The notes under the pieces are model-generated. The model saw only the letters and a list, made by a program, of their open reading frames with translations, was not told the DNA's origin and ran no database searches. A stretch of DNA of 32,000 nt from Paracoccus suum (lineage in GTDB: Bacteria; Pseudomonadota; Alphaproteobacteria; Rhodobacterales; Rhodobacteraceae): positions 30,001 through 62,000 of the forward strand of contig NZ_CP030918.1 of NCBI RefSeq assembly GCF_003324675.1. Direction: 5' to 3'. Shown in pieces: positions 8,542-17,657 of the stretch (position 1 is its first letter; every line of letters begins with the position of its first letter). The translations under genes were made by a program, and so were the position numbers.

Positions 8542-11500
8542 CTACTCGGCAGGGACGTCACCATGGGTCGGTTTGTTGATACCGATCAGGCGGCCGATGC
8601 CGCGCCCCATGCGCTGCTGAAGGCTGTCGATCAGGGAGAAGAGCGAGGGCACGAACAGCAGCGACAGCATGGTCGAGAATACAAGACCGCCAATGACCGC
8701 GATCGCCATCGGCGCCCGGAACTCGGCTCCCGCGCTGCCCGGCAGGGCGGAGGGCACCATGCCGGCGGTCATGGCGATGGTGGTCATAACGATGGGACGG
8801 GCACGCTTGTGCACCGCATCGAGGATCGCCTCGCGCTTGGGCACGCCCTGGTCCATCGCCGTCAGCGCGAACTCGACCAACATGATGGCGTTCTTTGTGA
8901 CGATCCCCATCAGCATCAGGAAGCCGATGACGACCGCGAGGCTGATCGCATAGCCGGTGGCGAACAGCGCGAGGATCGCGCCGCCGATGGCCAGTGGCAG
9001 CGACAGAAGGATGGTGATCGGGGTGACGAAGCTGTGGAACAGCAGCACCAGCACCACATAGACCAGCATCAGGCCGGCGCCCATCGCGCTGCCAAAGGCG
9101 CCAAACACCTCGCCCATGATCTCGGCATCGCCGGCAGCCTGGATCTCGGTCCCCGGCGGCATGTCGATCTTGCCCTGCAGCGCGGTGACCTCGGCGCTGG
9201 CCGGACCCAGCACCGCCCCGGGCGCGAGGTTGGCCGAGACGGTGGTGCGGAACCGGCGATCATAACGCGAAATCTCGGTCGCGCCCGACGACAGGCGCAC
9301 GTCCGCCACCGCGCCCAGCGGCACCTGCCCGGCATTCGAGGGCACGCGCAGGTTCTGGACCCGCAGCAGATCGTCGCGCGAGGCGGCGTTCAGGCGCACG
9401 ACGATGGGCACCAACTCGTCGCCGGCGTTGAACTTGGCCAGGTTGCTGTCGACATCGCCGATGGTCGCAATGCGCAGCGTGGTCGCGAGCGCGCTGGCGG
9501 TCACGCCCAGTTGGGCGGCGACATCCTCGCGCGGGATGACCTGGATCTCCGGCCTTCGCAGGCTGGCGCTGCTGTTCACCCCTTCCAGCGAGGAAAGGCG
9601 CGACATCGCCTCGGACAGGCGCACGGCGGCAAGGGCGGCCGCTTCCTCGGTATCGCCCAGAACACTGATGTTCAGGTCGTTCTGGCCGCCCTCGTTCTGG
9701 AAGTTGATGCGCAGGTCGGGCGTGCCCGCCAGCTCTGCCTTGATCGCGGCCTCGATCTCGAACTGGGTGCGCTCGCGGGTTTCCTTTTCGCCATAGTTCA
9801 GCGCGAGGCGGGCCTTGGTGACATCACCCGTGCCGCCCTCGACAAAGACTGATTCGACCTCCGGGGACTGCTGGATGCGGGCCGAGATCGCGCGCGCCGT
9901 CGCCTCGGTATCCTCGATGGTGGCGCCGGGCGGCAGTTCAATGGTCAGCTGCGAGCGGCCGATATCGCTTTTAGGCACGAACTCGGTCGGCAGCAGCGTC
10001 GCCGAATAGATCGAGGCAGCAAAGATCGCAAAGCCGAGGATAAGCGTGATGAGGCGGTGGCGCAGTGTCCAGCGCAACACCCGCATCAGCCCGCGCAGCA
10101 GGATCCCGTCCTTTTCCGGCTCGCGATGCGGCACGCTTCGCAGGAAATAGGCCGCCAGCATCGGCGTGATGACCCGCGCGACCGTCAGCGACAGCAACAC
10201 GGCGACCGAGACGGTCAGGCCGAACTGCTTGAAATACTGGCCAGAGATGCCGCCCATGAAGCCGACTGGCGCGAACACGGCGACGATGGAAAAGCTGATG
10301 GCGATGACCGTGGTGCCGATCTCGGACGCGGCCTCCTCGGACGCCTGATAGGCGGGCACGCCCATGTTGATGTGGCGCACGATATTCTCGATCTCGACGA
10401 TGGCGTCGTCGACCAGAATGCCGGTCACCAGCGTGATGCCCAGAAGGCTGATGGTATTCAGCGAAAAGCCCAGCCAATCCATCATGAAGAAGGTCGGGAT
10501 CACCGACAGCGGCAGCGCCACCGCGGCGATAAGCGTCGCGCGCCAGTTGCGCAGGAACAGGAAGACCACGACCACGGCGAGGGCGGCGCCCTCGAACAGG
10601 GTCTCCATCGCGCGGGTGTAGTTTTCCTTGGTGTAGGTCGTGCTGTCGTCGATCAGCTGGATATGGGCGTCGGGATATTTCTTGGACAGCTCGGCCAGCT
10701 TGGCCTTGGTCCCCTCGCCCGCCTCGAGGTCAGACTTGCCACTGGCGCGAAACACGCCGAACGCGACCACCGGCCCGCCGTCCAACAGGGCAAAGCTGCG
10801 CTCTTCGCTGGGGCCGTCGATGACCTGCCCAAGCTGGTCGAGGCGGATGGTCTTGCCCCCGGCGATGGCGATGGGGGTGGCGGCCAGCTTCGCGACCGAG
10901 TCCGCACCGCCCAGGGTGCGGATTGAATATTCGCTGCCAGCCAGATCGCCCCGCCCGCCGCCAAGATCGATGTTCGAGGCGCGCAGCTGCCCCGAGACGT
11001 CGGCCGCGGTCAGTCCCTGGGCCAGCAGGCGGTCGGGGTCCAACTCGACCTTGATCTCGCGCGAGGCGCCGCCAATACGGGTGACGCTGCCTACCGCCGG
11101 CACGGTCACCAGCTCGCGGGCGATCACGTCATCGACGAACTTGGCCAGTTGCTCGATGGATTTGGTGCGATCGCTGACGGCGTAGGTCTGGATCGCCATG
11201 CCGGTGACGTCGACTCGCTGGACCAGCGGCTCCTGTACCGATTCGGGCAAATCGGCGCGGACCTTGGTGACGGCATCCTTGACGTCGTTCACGGCGCGGT
11301 CGCTGTTCGTCTCCAACTCGAACTCGACCGTTGTGGTGGCGACGCTGTCAGTCGCGGTCGAGCTGATGTGACGCACCCCGGTGATCGAGGCGATGCTGTC
11401 CTCGATCGGTTTGACCACCTGGGTGGTCAGTTCGGTCGGGGCCGCGCCGGGCTGCGAGACCGTCACCGTGACGATCGGCAAGTCGATGTTCGGAAACTGC

Positions 11501-11604
11501 GTGACCGCCAGCCCGCGAAAGCTGTTGAGGCCGAGGACCAGCAGTACCAGAAACAGCGCAATCGGCGGGACCGGATGACGGATGGACCAGGTGGACAGGT
11601 TCAT
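8542..11604 (-). CDS. RND-family efflux transporter, inner-membrane pump (AcrB/HAE-type)
   Basis: The 1020-aa protein starts MNLSTWSIRHPVPPIALFLVLLVLG...FPNIDLPIVTVTV, has the TM4 proton-relay motif GILVDDAIVEIENI, and shows the duplicated 12-TM architecture. AGGGG lies 8 nt before ATG 11604. Confidence 0.92.
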   Translation of the reverse strand: MNLSTWSIRHPVPPIALFLVLLVLGLNSFRGLAVTQFPNIDLPIVTVTVSQPGAAPTELTTQVVKPIEDSIASITGVRHISSTATDSVATTTVEFELETNSDRAVNDVKDAVTKVRADLPESVQEPLVQRVDVTGMAIQTYAVSDRTKSIEQLAKFVDDVIARELVTVPAVGSVTRIGGASREIKVELDPDRLLAQGLTAADVSGQLRASNIDLGGGRGDLAGSEYSIRTLGGADSVAKLAATPIAIAGGKTIRLDQLGQVIDGPSEERSFALLDGGPVVAFGVFRASGKSDLEAGEGTKAKLAELSKKYPDAHIQLIDDSTTYTKENYTRAMETLFEGAALAVVVVFLFLRNWRATLIAAVALPLSVIPTFFMMDWLGFSLNTISLLGITLVTGILVDDAIVEIENIVRHINMGVPAYQASEEAASEIGTTVIAISFSIVAVFAPVGFMGGISGQYFKQFGLTVSVAVLLSLTVARVITPMLAAYFLRSVPHREPEKDGILLRGLMRVLRWTLRHRLITLILGFAIFAASIYSATLLPTEFVPKSDIGRSQLTIELPPGATIEDTEATARAISARIQQSPEVESVFVEGGTGDVTKARLALNYGEKETRERTQFEIEAAIKAELAGTPDLRINFQNEGGQNDLNISVLGDTEEAAALAAVRLSEAMSRLSSLEGVNSSASLRRPEIQVIPREDVAAQLGVTASALATTLRIATIGDVDSNLAKFNAGDELVPIVVRLNAASRDDLLRVQNLRVPSNAGQVPLGAVADVRLSSGATEISRYDRRFRTTVSANLAPGAVLGPASAEVTALQGKIDMPPGTEIQAAGDAEIMGEVFGAFGSAMGAGLMLVYVVLVLLFHSFVTPITILLSLPLAIGGAILALFATGYAISLAVVIGFLMLMGIVTKNAIMLVEFALTAMDQGVPKREAILDAVHKRARPIVMTTIAMTAGMVPSALPGSAGAEFRAPMAIAVIGGLVFSTMLSLLFVPSLFSLIDSLQQRMGRGIGRLIGINKPTHGDVPAE

Positions 11605-11643
11605 GCGGTGACCCCTATGGCCGGGCGATGCGGATACGGGCGG

Positions 11644-12942
11644 TCATGGCGCCTTGCCGGGCGCTGCGGGCTCGGCCTTGGGCGCGGCAGCCACGGTTTC
11701 AGGCGCGGGTGCTTTCGCTTGCAGCGCGGGCTCGGCGGCCCCGGCGCGGACCGGCTCGACTGGATCGCCATTGCTGAAGAAGGCGGCAGCGCGCGCAAGC
11801 ACAGTCTCGCCTGCTGCCAAGCCTTCGATGATTTCGCGCCGGCCGTCCCATAGCAGGCCCGCCCTGACCGGGCGGGTTTCGATCCGGTCGTTCTTGACCA
11901 CCTGCACCACGCCGCCCGCCGGGTCATCCGAGGCGAGGATGGCGCCGGCCGGCACCGTCACCGCGTCACGCCGTTCGGTCGTGATCCAGCCGCTGGCGAA
12001 AAGACCTGTGCGCAGGGCAGGGTTGGCTTCCAGCGAGACGCGCACGATGCCAAGGCGCGTGACCGGATCGACGCTGGCCGGGACCAGCCGCACCTCGCCG
12101 GTGACATCGCCAACGCCGGCGACGCGCATCAGCGCCGGATCGCCCACCTTCAACTGCTCCAGCGCGGTCTCGATCACCTCGCCCGCGACCTCGATCTGGC
12201 CATTGGCGGTCATGGTGAACAGTGGCTGCGCGCCGCTCGCGGCGATGGCCCCCAGCTCGGCCGTGCGGTTCGAGACGACACCAGCCACCGGCGCCTTGAT
12301 CTCTGTTCGCTCGACGTTCAGCCGGGCGATATCGCGCGCGGCCTCGGCCTGGGCCACCTGCGCCTGCGCCACGGCCACGCCGTCCCCCGCCGATGCGGCG
12401 GCGGCGCGGGCCGACGCCTCGGCCGAGACCGCCTGGTCTAGGGTCGCCTGACTCGCGTTGCCCGACCGTTGCAGCCGTTGCACCCGTTCGAGCGCAGAGG
12501 TCGCCTGGTTCAGACTCGCGGCGGCACTGGCGATCTGGCTGCGCGACTGGCTCAGGCCTGCCTCGGCACGCTGGTATTCGGCCTCGGCCTGGGCAAGCTG
12601 TGCCTTAAGGGTGGCATCCGACAGGCGCGCCAGCAGCTGGCCCTTTTCGACCCTGTCGCCGGGCTCGACCAGCAGTTCGGTGATCTCGAACCCCTGCACT
12701 TGCGGGAAGATCTGCACCTCCTGCCGCGCGACAAGCGTGCCGGAGACGGGCACCTGCGCGAGAACCTCGCTGACGACGGCATCCTCGACAGTCGCGGCGG
12801 CGGGGCGGGCGGTGACCTGACCATCCTCAGCCTTGGCAGTTGCCGGGGCCGGTTGATGTTGCGCGGCCTGGGCCATTTCTTGCGCGGATATGGGCTGGGC
12901 CAGCACCAGAAGGGCGCCTGCAATCGAAAAGATCTTGTGCAT
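11644..12942 (-). CDS. RND efflux periplasmic adaptor (membrane fusion protein, HlyD/AcrA family)
   Basis: A signal-like N-terminus MHKIFSIAGALLVLAQPISAQE is followed by a biotinyl/lipoyl-like hairpin (GFEITELLVEPGDRVEKGQLLARL), an Ala-rich coiled coil and beta-barrel segments. It lies 39 nt upstream of the pump gene. ATG 12942 is preferred over the tracked GTG 12957. The C-terminus is an Ala/Pro-rich tail. Confidence 0.85.
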   Translation of the reverse strand: MHKIFSIAGALLVLAQPISAQEMAQAAQHQPAPATAKAEDGQVTARPAAATVEDAVVSEVLAQVPVSGTLVARQEVQIFPQVQGFEITELLVEPGDRVEKGQLLARLSDATLKAQLAQAEAEYQRAEAGLSQSRSQIASAAASLNQATSALERVQRLQRSGNASQATLDQAVSAEASARAAAASAGDGVAVAQAQVAQAEAARDIARLNVERTEIKAPVAGVVSNRTAELGAIAASGAQPLFTMTANGQIEVAGEVIETALEQLKVGDPALMRVAGVGDVTGEVRLVPASVDPVTRLGIVRVSLEANPALRTGLFASGWITTERRDAVTVPAGAILASDDPAGGVVQVVKNDRIETRPVRAGLLWDGRREIIEGLAAGETVLARAAAFFSNGDPVEPVRAGAAEPALQAKAPAPETVAAAPKAEPAAPGKAP

Positions 12943-13076
12943 GTCAGGTCCGCGCACTCGTTTCCGGCGCGACGTTACATGTTAGTGGCGCTCACAACAA
13001 TGTCGTCCCGCCAAGGTGGCGGAGTTTTGCGGCCCATGGTCAGGAGACCATTCAATTGACGTTGCGTCAAGTTTCC

Positions 13077-14564
13077 TCACGCAACGGCAATGACCGCATC
13101 GACCGCGCGGCGCCAGCGCAGATGGCGGGCCTCGCGCTCGTCTTGCGGCATCGAGGGCTCGAACCGGCGATCCAGCTGCCAGACGACAGCCTGCTCATCC
13201 GGCCCGGGGCAGAGCCCGGCGTGATAGCCTGCAAGCCAGGCGGCGCCGCGCGCGGTCGTCTCGACGTCCGCCGGGCGATCAACCGGCACGCCCAGCATGT
13301 CCGCGACGAACTGCATCGCGGGCTCGTTCGCAGACAGCCCCCCATCGACGCGCAGCACCGCCGAGCTGTCCGCCTCGGGCCAGTCGGCGCGCATCGCATC
13401 CCACAGATCGCGGGTCTGGTGGCCGACGCTTTCCAGGGCCGCGCGGGCCATCTCCGCGGGGCCGGTGGCACGGGTCAGGCCGAACACCGCACCGCGCGCC
13501 TCGGGCACCCAATACGGCGCGCCGAGGCCGGTGAAGGCGGGCACCATGATGACCTGCTGGCCCGGGTCGGCGCGGTCCCACAAAGGCCCGGTTTCGGCGG
13601 CGTTGTGAATGACGCCCAACCCGTCGCGCAGCCATTGCACCACGGCGCCGGCAACGAAGATCGACCCTTCGAGGGCATAGGTCGGCTTTCCGTCCAGTTG
13701 ATAAGCGATGGTTGTCAGCAGCCGATTGCGCGAGGCGACGGGCGTGCCCCCGGTGTTCAGCAGTGCGAAACAGCCGGTGCCATAGGTCGATTTCATCATT
13801 CCGGGGAGAAAACAGGCCTGCCCGACGGCTGCCGCCTGTTGGTCGCCCGCCACCCCGCAGATCGGGATCGCCGCGCCAAAGAGGTCGGTACGGGTGTTGC
13901 CAAACCCGGTCGCGCTGTCGCGCACCTCGGGCAGCATCGCCATCGGCACGTGGAACAGATCGCACATCGCTTGCGACCACACGCCCTGGTGGATGTCGTA
14001 GAGCATGGTGCGCGAGGCATTGGTCGCGTCGGTCACATGCACCTGCCCGCCGGTCAGGTTCCAGATCAGGAAACTGTCGATGGTGCCGAAGGCAAGCTCG
14101 CCCGCCTCGGCACGCGTCCGCGCGCCCTCGACCTGATCAAGTATCCAGGCTGCCTTGGTGGCGCTGAAATAGGGGTCGAGCAGAAGGCCGGTGGCGGCGC
14201 TGACCGCAGGCTCATGCCCTGCCGCCTTCAGCGCGGCGCAGGTCTCGGCGGTGCGGCGGTCTTGCCAGACGATGGCGTTATGGATCGGCTTGCCTGTGCG
14301 CCGGTCCCAGATGACGGTGGTCTCGCGCTGATTGGTGATGCCGATGGCGGCAATGTCACGGCCGGAAATGCGCGCATTCTCGATCGCCGCGCGGGCGGTG
14401 GCGGCGGTCGAGGCCCAGATGTCGGCCGGGTCATGCTCGACCCAGCCAGAGCGAGGAAATCCCTGTGCGAACTCGGCCTGCGACGAGGCGCGGACCCGCA
14501 GGTCGGTGCCAAATACGATTGCGCGCGACGAGGTGGTGCCCTGATCTATCGCCAATATGGTCAT
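13077..14564 (-). CDS. glpK: Glycerol kinase
   Basis: The sequence [18 protein letters not shown]...WVEHDP..IWAST...[29 protein letters not shown]...[12 protein letters not shown] is diagnostic for the FGGY family and GlpK. GAAGGGGA precedes ATG 14564. The tracked start at 14624 is an extension. Confidence 0.95.
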   Translation of the reverse strand: MTILAIDQGTTSSRAIVFGTDLRVRASSQAEFAQGFPRSGWVEHDPADIWASTAATARAAIENARISGRDIAAIGITNQRETTVIWDRRTGKPIHNAIVWQDRRTAETCAALKAAGHEPAVSAATGLLLDPYFSATKAAWILDQVEGARTRAEAGELAFGTIDSFLIWNLTGGQVHVTDATNASRTMLYDIHQGVWSQAMCDLFHVPMAMLPEVRDSATGFGNTRTDLFGAAIPICGVAGDQQAAAVGQACFLPGMMKSTYGTGCFALLNTGGTPVASRNRLLTTIAYQLDGKPTYALEGSIFVAGAVVQWLRDGLGVIHNAAETGPLWDRADPGQQVIMVPAFTGLGAPYWVPEARGAVFGLTRATGPAEMARAALESVGHQTRDLWDAMRADWPEADSSAVLRVDGGLSANEPAMQFVADMLGVPVDRPADVETTARGAAWLAGYHAGLCPGPDEQAVVWQLDRRFEPSMPQDEREARHLRWRRAVDAVIAVA

Positions 14565-14638
14565 GCTGTCCCCTTCGCGCCGCACCCTCGCTGGCCGAAT
14601 ATGCATGGTCCAGTGCATGCACATCGGGGCAACGAGGA

Positions 14639-14661
14639 AGGGGCGCGCAAGGCGCGCCCCT
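14639..14661 (-). other. Perfect GC hairpin in the glpV-glpK intercistronic gap (possible mRNA stabiliser or partial attenuator)
   Basis: AGGGGCGCGC (14639-14648), loop AAG, then GCGCGCCCCT (14652-14661) form a 10-bp perfect inverted repeat. It lies 17 nt downstream of the glpV stop on the minus strand. There is no U-tract on the transcribed (minus) strand. Confidence 0.5.
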
Positions 14662-14678
14662 TTGGTTTAGTGCCGCCC

Positions 14679-16394
14679 TTACTTCTGCCAGCTTTTCACC
14701 AGCTCGTCATAGTTGACGGTCTGCGGCTGGTCCTTCTCGTTCTCGATCTTCAACTGCGGCGCGATGCTGCCGTGCTCCTTGGCGTAGTTGTTCCACCACA
14801 CCAGGTCATGCTCCTCGGCCAGTTTCGGGCCGATATCGCCTTGGACGCCGGCCTTCTCCAGACGGGCCATGACCTTCTCCTGCTCGGCGCACAGGCTGTC
14901 CATCGCCTCCTGCGCGGTCTTGGCGCCCGAGGAGGCGTCGCCGATGGCCTGCCACCACAGCTGCGCGAGCTTCGGATAGTCGGGCACGTTCGTGCCGGTT
15001 GGCGACCACTGCAGGCGCGCGGGCGAGCGGTAGAACTCGATCAACCCGCCGAGCTTGGGCGCGCGCTCGGTGAACGACTTGTCATCCAGTGTGGACTGGC
15101 GAATGAAGGTCAGCCCGACATGGCTTTTCTTCACGTCGACGGTCTTGGAAGTGACGAACTGCGCGTAGAGCCATGCGGCCTTGGCGCGGTCGTCAGGCGT
15201 CGATTTCAGCAGCGTCCACGACCCGGCGTCCTGGTAGCCCAGCTTCATGCCGTCCTTCCAGTAGACGCCATGGGGCGAGGGGGCAAAGCGCCATTTCGGC
15301 GTTTCGTCCTCGTTCACCACGGGCAGGCCCGGCTTCACGAAATCGGCCGTGAAGGCGGTGTAGGTGAACATCTGCTGGGCGACCTCGCCCTGGCTGGGGA
15401 CCGGGCCGCTTTCGCTGAAGGTCATGCCTTGGGCCGCCGGCGGGGCGTAGGCCTTGATCCAGTCGAGGTATTTCTGGATCGCATAGACCGAGGCCGGGCC
15501 GTTGGTGTCACCGCCGCGCGCCACGCAGCTGCCCACCGGGCGGCTGCTCTCGTCCACGCGGATGCCCCATTCGTCGACCGGCAAACCGTTCGGGATGCCC
15601 TTGTCGCCGTTCCCCGCCATCGACAGCCACGCATCGGTGAAGCGCCAGCCGAGCGAGGGGTCCTTCTTGCCATAGTCCATATGGCCATAGACCTTCTTGC
15701 CGTCGATCTCGCGGCCGGTGAAGAACTCGGCGATGTCCTCGTATGCCGACCAGTTGACCGGAACGCCGAGGTCATAGCCGTACTTGGCCTTGAAATCGGC
15801 CTTGTTCTTCTCGTCGTTGAACCAGTCATAGCGGAACCAGTAGAGGTTCGCGAACTGCTGGTCGGGCAGTTGGTACATCTGCCCATCGGGCGCGGTGGTG
15901 AACGACTTGCCGATGAAATCGTCCACGTCGAGGTTGGGGTTGGTCACGTCCTTGCCGGCACCGGCCATCCATTCGGTCAGGCTGCGCGCCTGCTTGTAGC
16001 GCCAGTGGGTGCCGATCAGGTCGCTGTCGTTGACATAGGCGTCGTAGACGTTTTCGCCCGACTGCATCTGCGTTTGCAGCTTTTCGACCACATCGCCTTC
16101 GCCGATCAGGTCATGGGTCAGCTTGATCCCGGTGATGGCCGTGAAGGCCGGGGCCAGCACCTTGGATTCGTATTCGTGGGTGGTGATCGTTTCCGAGACG
16201 ACGTTGATCTGCATGCCGGCAAAGGGTTTGGCGGCATCGATGAACCATTGCATCTCGGCTTCCTGGGCGGCGCGGTCGAGGGTCGACAGCGGGCCGATCT
16301 CCTTGTCGAGGAAGGCCTTCGCCTCCTCCATGCCGGCCTGTGCGCCGGTCGCCATCAGCGCAAGCGCGATGGCCGTCGTCAGGTAAAGTTTCAC
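14679..16394 (-). CDS. glpV: Glycerol ABC transporter substrate-binding protein (large CUT1-type SBP)
   Basis: A signal peptide (M)KLYLTTAIALALMATGAQA is followed by a ~550-aa extracytoplasmic solute-binding domain. GGGGAGGGG lies 6 nt before GTG 16394, which I prefer to the tracked GTG 16436. The symbol follows the operon context matching the Rhizobium/KEGG glycerol transport system glpVPQST. Confidence 0.85.
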   Translation of the reverse strand: MKLYLTTAIALALMATGAQAGMEEAKAFLDKEIGPLSTLDRAAQEAEMQWFIDAAKPFAGMQINVVSETITTHEYESKVLAPAFTAITGIKLTHDLIGEGDVVEKLQTQMQSGENVYDAYVNDSDLIGTHWRYKQARSLTEWMAGAGKDVTNPNLDVDDFIGKSFTTAPDGQMYQLPDQQFANLYWFRYDWFNDEKNKADFKAKYGYDLGVPVNWSAYEDIAEFFTGREIDGKKVYGHMDYGKKDPSLGWRFTDAWLSMAGNGDKGIPNGLPVDEWGIRVDESSRPVGSCVARGGDTNGPASVYAIQKYLDWIKAYAPPAAQGMTFSESGPVPSQGEVAQQMFTYTAFTADFVKPGLPVVNEDETPKWRFAPSPHGVYWKDGMKLGYQDAGSWTLLKSTPDDRAKAAWLYAQFVTSKTVDVKKSHVGLTFIRQSTLDDKSFTERAPKLGGLIEFYRSPARLQWSPTGTNVPDYPKLAQLWWQAIGDASSGAKTAQEAMDSLCAEQEKVMARLEKAGVQGDIGPKLAEEHDLVWWNNYAKEHGSIAPQLKIENEKDQPQTVNYDELVKSWQK

Positions 16395-16437
16395 GGTATT
16401 CCCCTCCCCAAAGTCGCCGGTTGGTCCGGCGGTCACG

Positions 16438-16836
16438 TCACACCCAGCGAAACACCGCTAGGGCGTAGAGAAAGGCGATCACCAAACCGCCCCAGTCCGG
16501 GCTTCCCCCGAAGCCGACCCAGGCGAGGTTGATGAAGGCCGAACCGAGCAGGCTGATGAACAGCCGGTCGCCGCGGGTCGTGGCGATCCCCAGGATGCCG
16601 CGCCGGGGCGTTTCGGGATAGCGGATGGCAAGCCAGGTAAAGAGCAACAGCAGCCCGGCAATGACCCAGTAGAAAAACGCGGTCGGAAAGGTCCAGGCCA
16701 TCCAGCCGCCCGGATTGAGCGCGCCGAACCAGTCCCGCGCACCATCTGCCACCGGCACCAGCGTGACCAGCCAGCCGAGGACTGCCAGCATTCCCAGGCC
16801 GACAAGGGCAAAGCCCGCGTTGACGCTGCGCTGCAT
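16438..16836 (-). CDS. Small integral membrane protein, DUF2160-like, with N-terminal extension
   Basis: The core MAWTFPTAFFYWVIAGLLLLFTWLAIRYPETPRRGILGIATTRGDRLFISLLGSAFINLAWVGF matches my memory of the DUF2160 family found in glycerol ABC operons. ATG 16836 overlaps the glpQ stop (TGATG). An alternative internal start is ATG 16701. Confidence 0.7.
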   Translation of the reverse strand: MQRSVNAGFALVGLGMLAVLGWLVTLVPVADGARDWFGALNPGGWMAWTFPTAFFYWVIAGLLLLFTWLAIRYPETPRRGILGIATTRGDRLFISLLGSAFINLAWVGFGGSPDWGGLVIAFLYALAVFRWV

Positions 16837-17657
16837 CACACCCTCCCCAGGGCAAAGCCCTTGGCGATGTAGTTTCGCACGAACCAGATGACCAAGGCGC
16901 CCGGCAGGATGGTCAGCACGCCCGCGGCGGCCAGCACCCCCCAGTCGAGCCCCGAAGCCGAGACGGTGCGCGTCATCGTCGCCGCAATGGGCTTGGCGTT
17001 GACGCTGGTCAGCGTGCGCGACAACAGCAGCTCGACCCAGCTGAACATGAAGCAAAAGAAGGCCGCGACGCCGATGCCGCTGGCGATCAGCGGCATGAAG
17101 ATTCGCACGAAGAACCGCGGAAAGCTGTAGCCGTCGATATAGGCGGTCTCGTCGATTTCGCGCGGCACCCCCGACATGAAGCCCTCGAGGATCCAGACGG
17201 CCAGCGGCACGTTGAAGAGGCAATGCGCCAGCGCGACCGCGATATGGGTGTCAAACAGCCCGACCGCGGAATAGAGCTGAAAGAACGGCAATGCGAACAC
17301 CGCCGGCGGCGCCATCCGGTTCGAAAGCAGCCAAAAGAACAGGTGCTTGTCGCCCATGAATCGATAGCGGCTGAAGGCATAGGCCGCCGGCAGCGCCACG
17401 GCGATGGAAATGACCATGTTCATCAGCACATAGGTCAGGCTGTTGACATAGCCCATGTACCAGGACGGATCGGTCAGGATCGTGCGGTAGTTGGCGAATG
17501 TCAGGTTGTGCGGGTAGAGGCTGAAGGCACCCGTGATCTCGGCATTGGTCTTGAGGCTCATGTTCACGAGCCAGTAGATCGGAATCATCAGGAACAGCAG
17601 GTAGAGGGTCATTACGGCCGCCGAGCCGGTGCCCCTGCCCTCGCGCATGCTGGCCAT
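16836..17657 (-). CDS. glpQ: Glycerol ABC transporter permease (CUT1 MalG-like)
   Basis: The sequence MASMREGRGTGSAAVMTLYLLFLMIPIYWLVNMSLKT... is present. The EAA-loop region is ETAYIDGYSFPRFFVRIFMPL. ATG 17657 overlaps the glpP stop (TGATG). The tracked ORF start at 18071 lies inside glpP. Confidence 0.85.
   Translation of the reverse strand: MASMREGRGTGSAAVMTLYLLFLMIPIYWLVNMSLKTNAEITGAFSLYPHNLTFANYRTILTDPSWYMGYVNSLTYVLMNMVISIAVALPAAYAFSRYRFMGDKHLFFWLLSNRMAPPAVFALPFFQLYSAVGLFDTHIAVALAHCLFNVPLAVWILEGFMSGVPREIDETAYIDGYSFPRFFVRIFMPLIASGIGVAAFFCFMFSWVELLLSRTLTSVNAKPIAATMTRTVSASGLDWGVLAAAGVLTILPGALVIWFVRNYIAKGFALGRV

Noticed and set aside
14639-14668. The 14639-14661 hairpin plus TTTGGTTT read as a plus-strand Rho-independent terminator.
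   Set aside because: No plus-strand gene ends here, because the plus strand is antisense to glpK. I treat the element as an intercistronic feature of the minus-strand glp transcript. A role in stopping antisense transcription remains possible.
12840-16532. A 1230-aa ORF on the plus strand spanning glpK, the glpV-glpK gap and glpV. It is the longest ORF in the window.
   Set aside because: It is exactly codon-aligned antisense to both genes (13077-12840 and 14679-12840 are multiples of 3). In that register a stop would require the sense codons TTA, CTA or TCA, which are nearly unused at this GC content. The product is Arg/Gly/Ala/Pro-rich low-complexity sequence with no motifs, whereas the opposite strand encodes unmistakable GlpK and an SBP.
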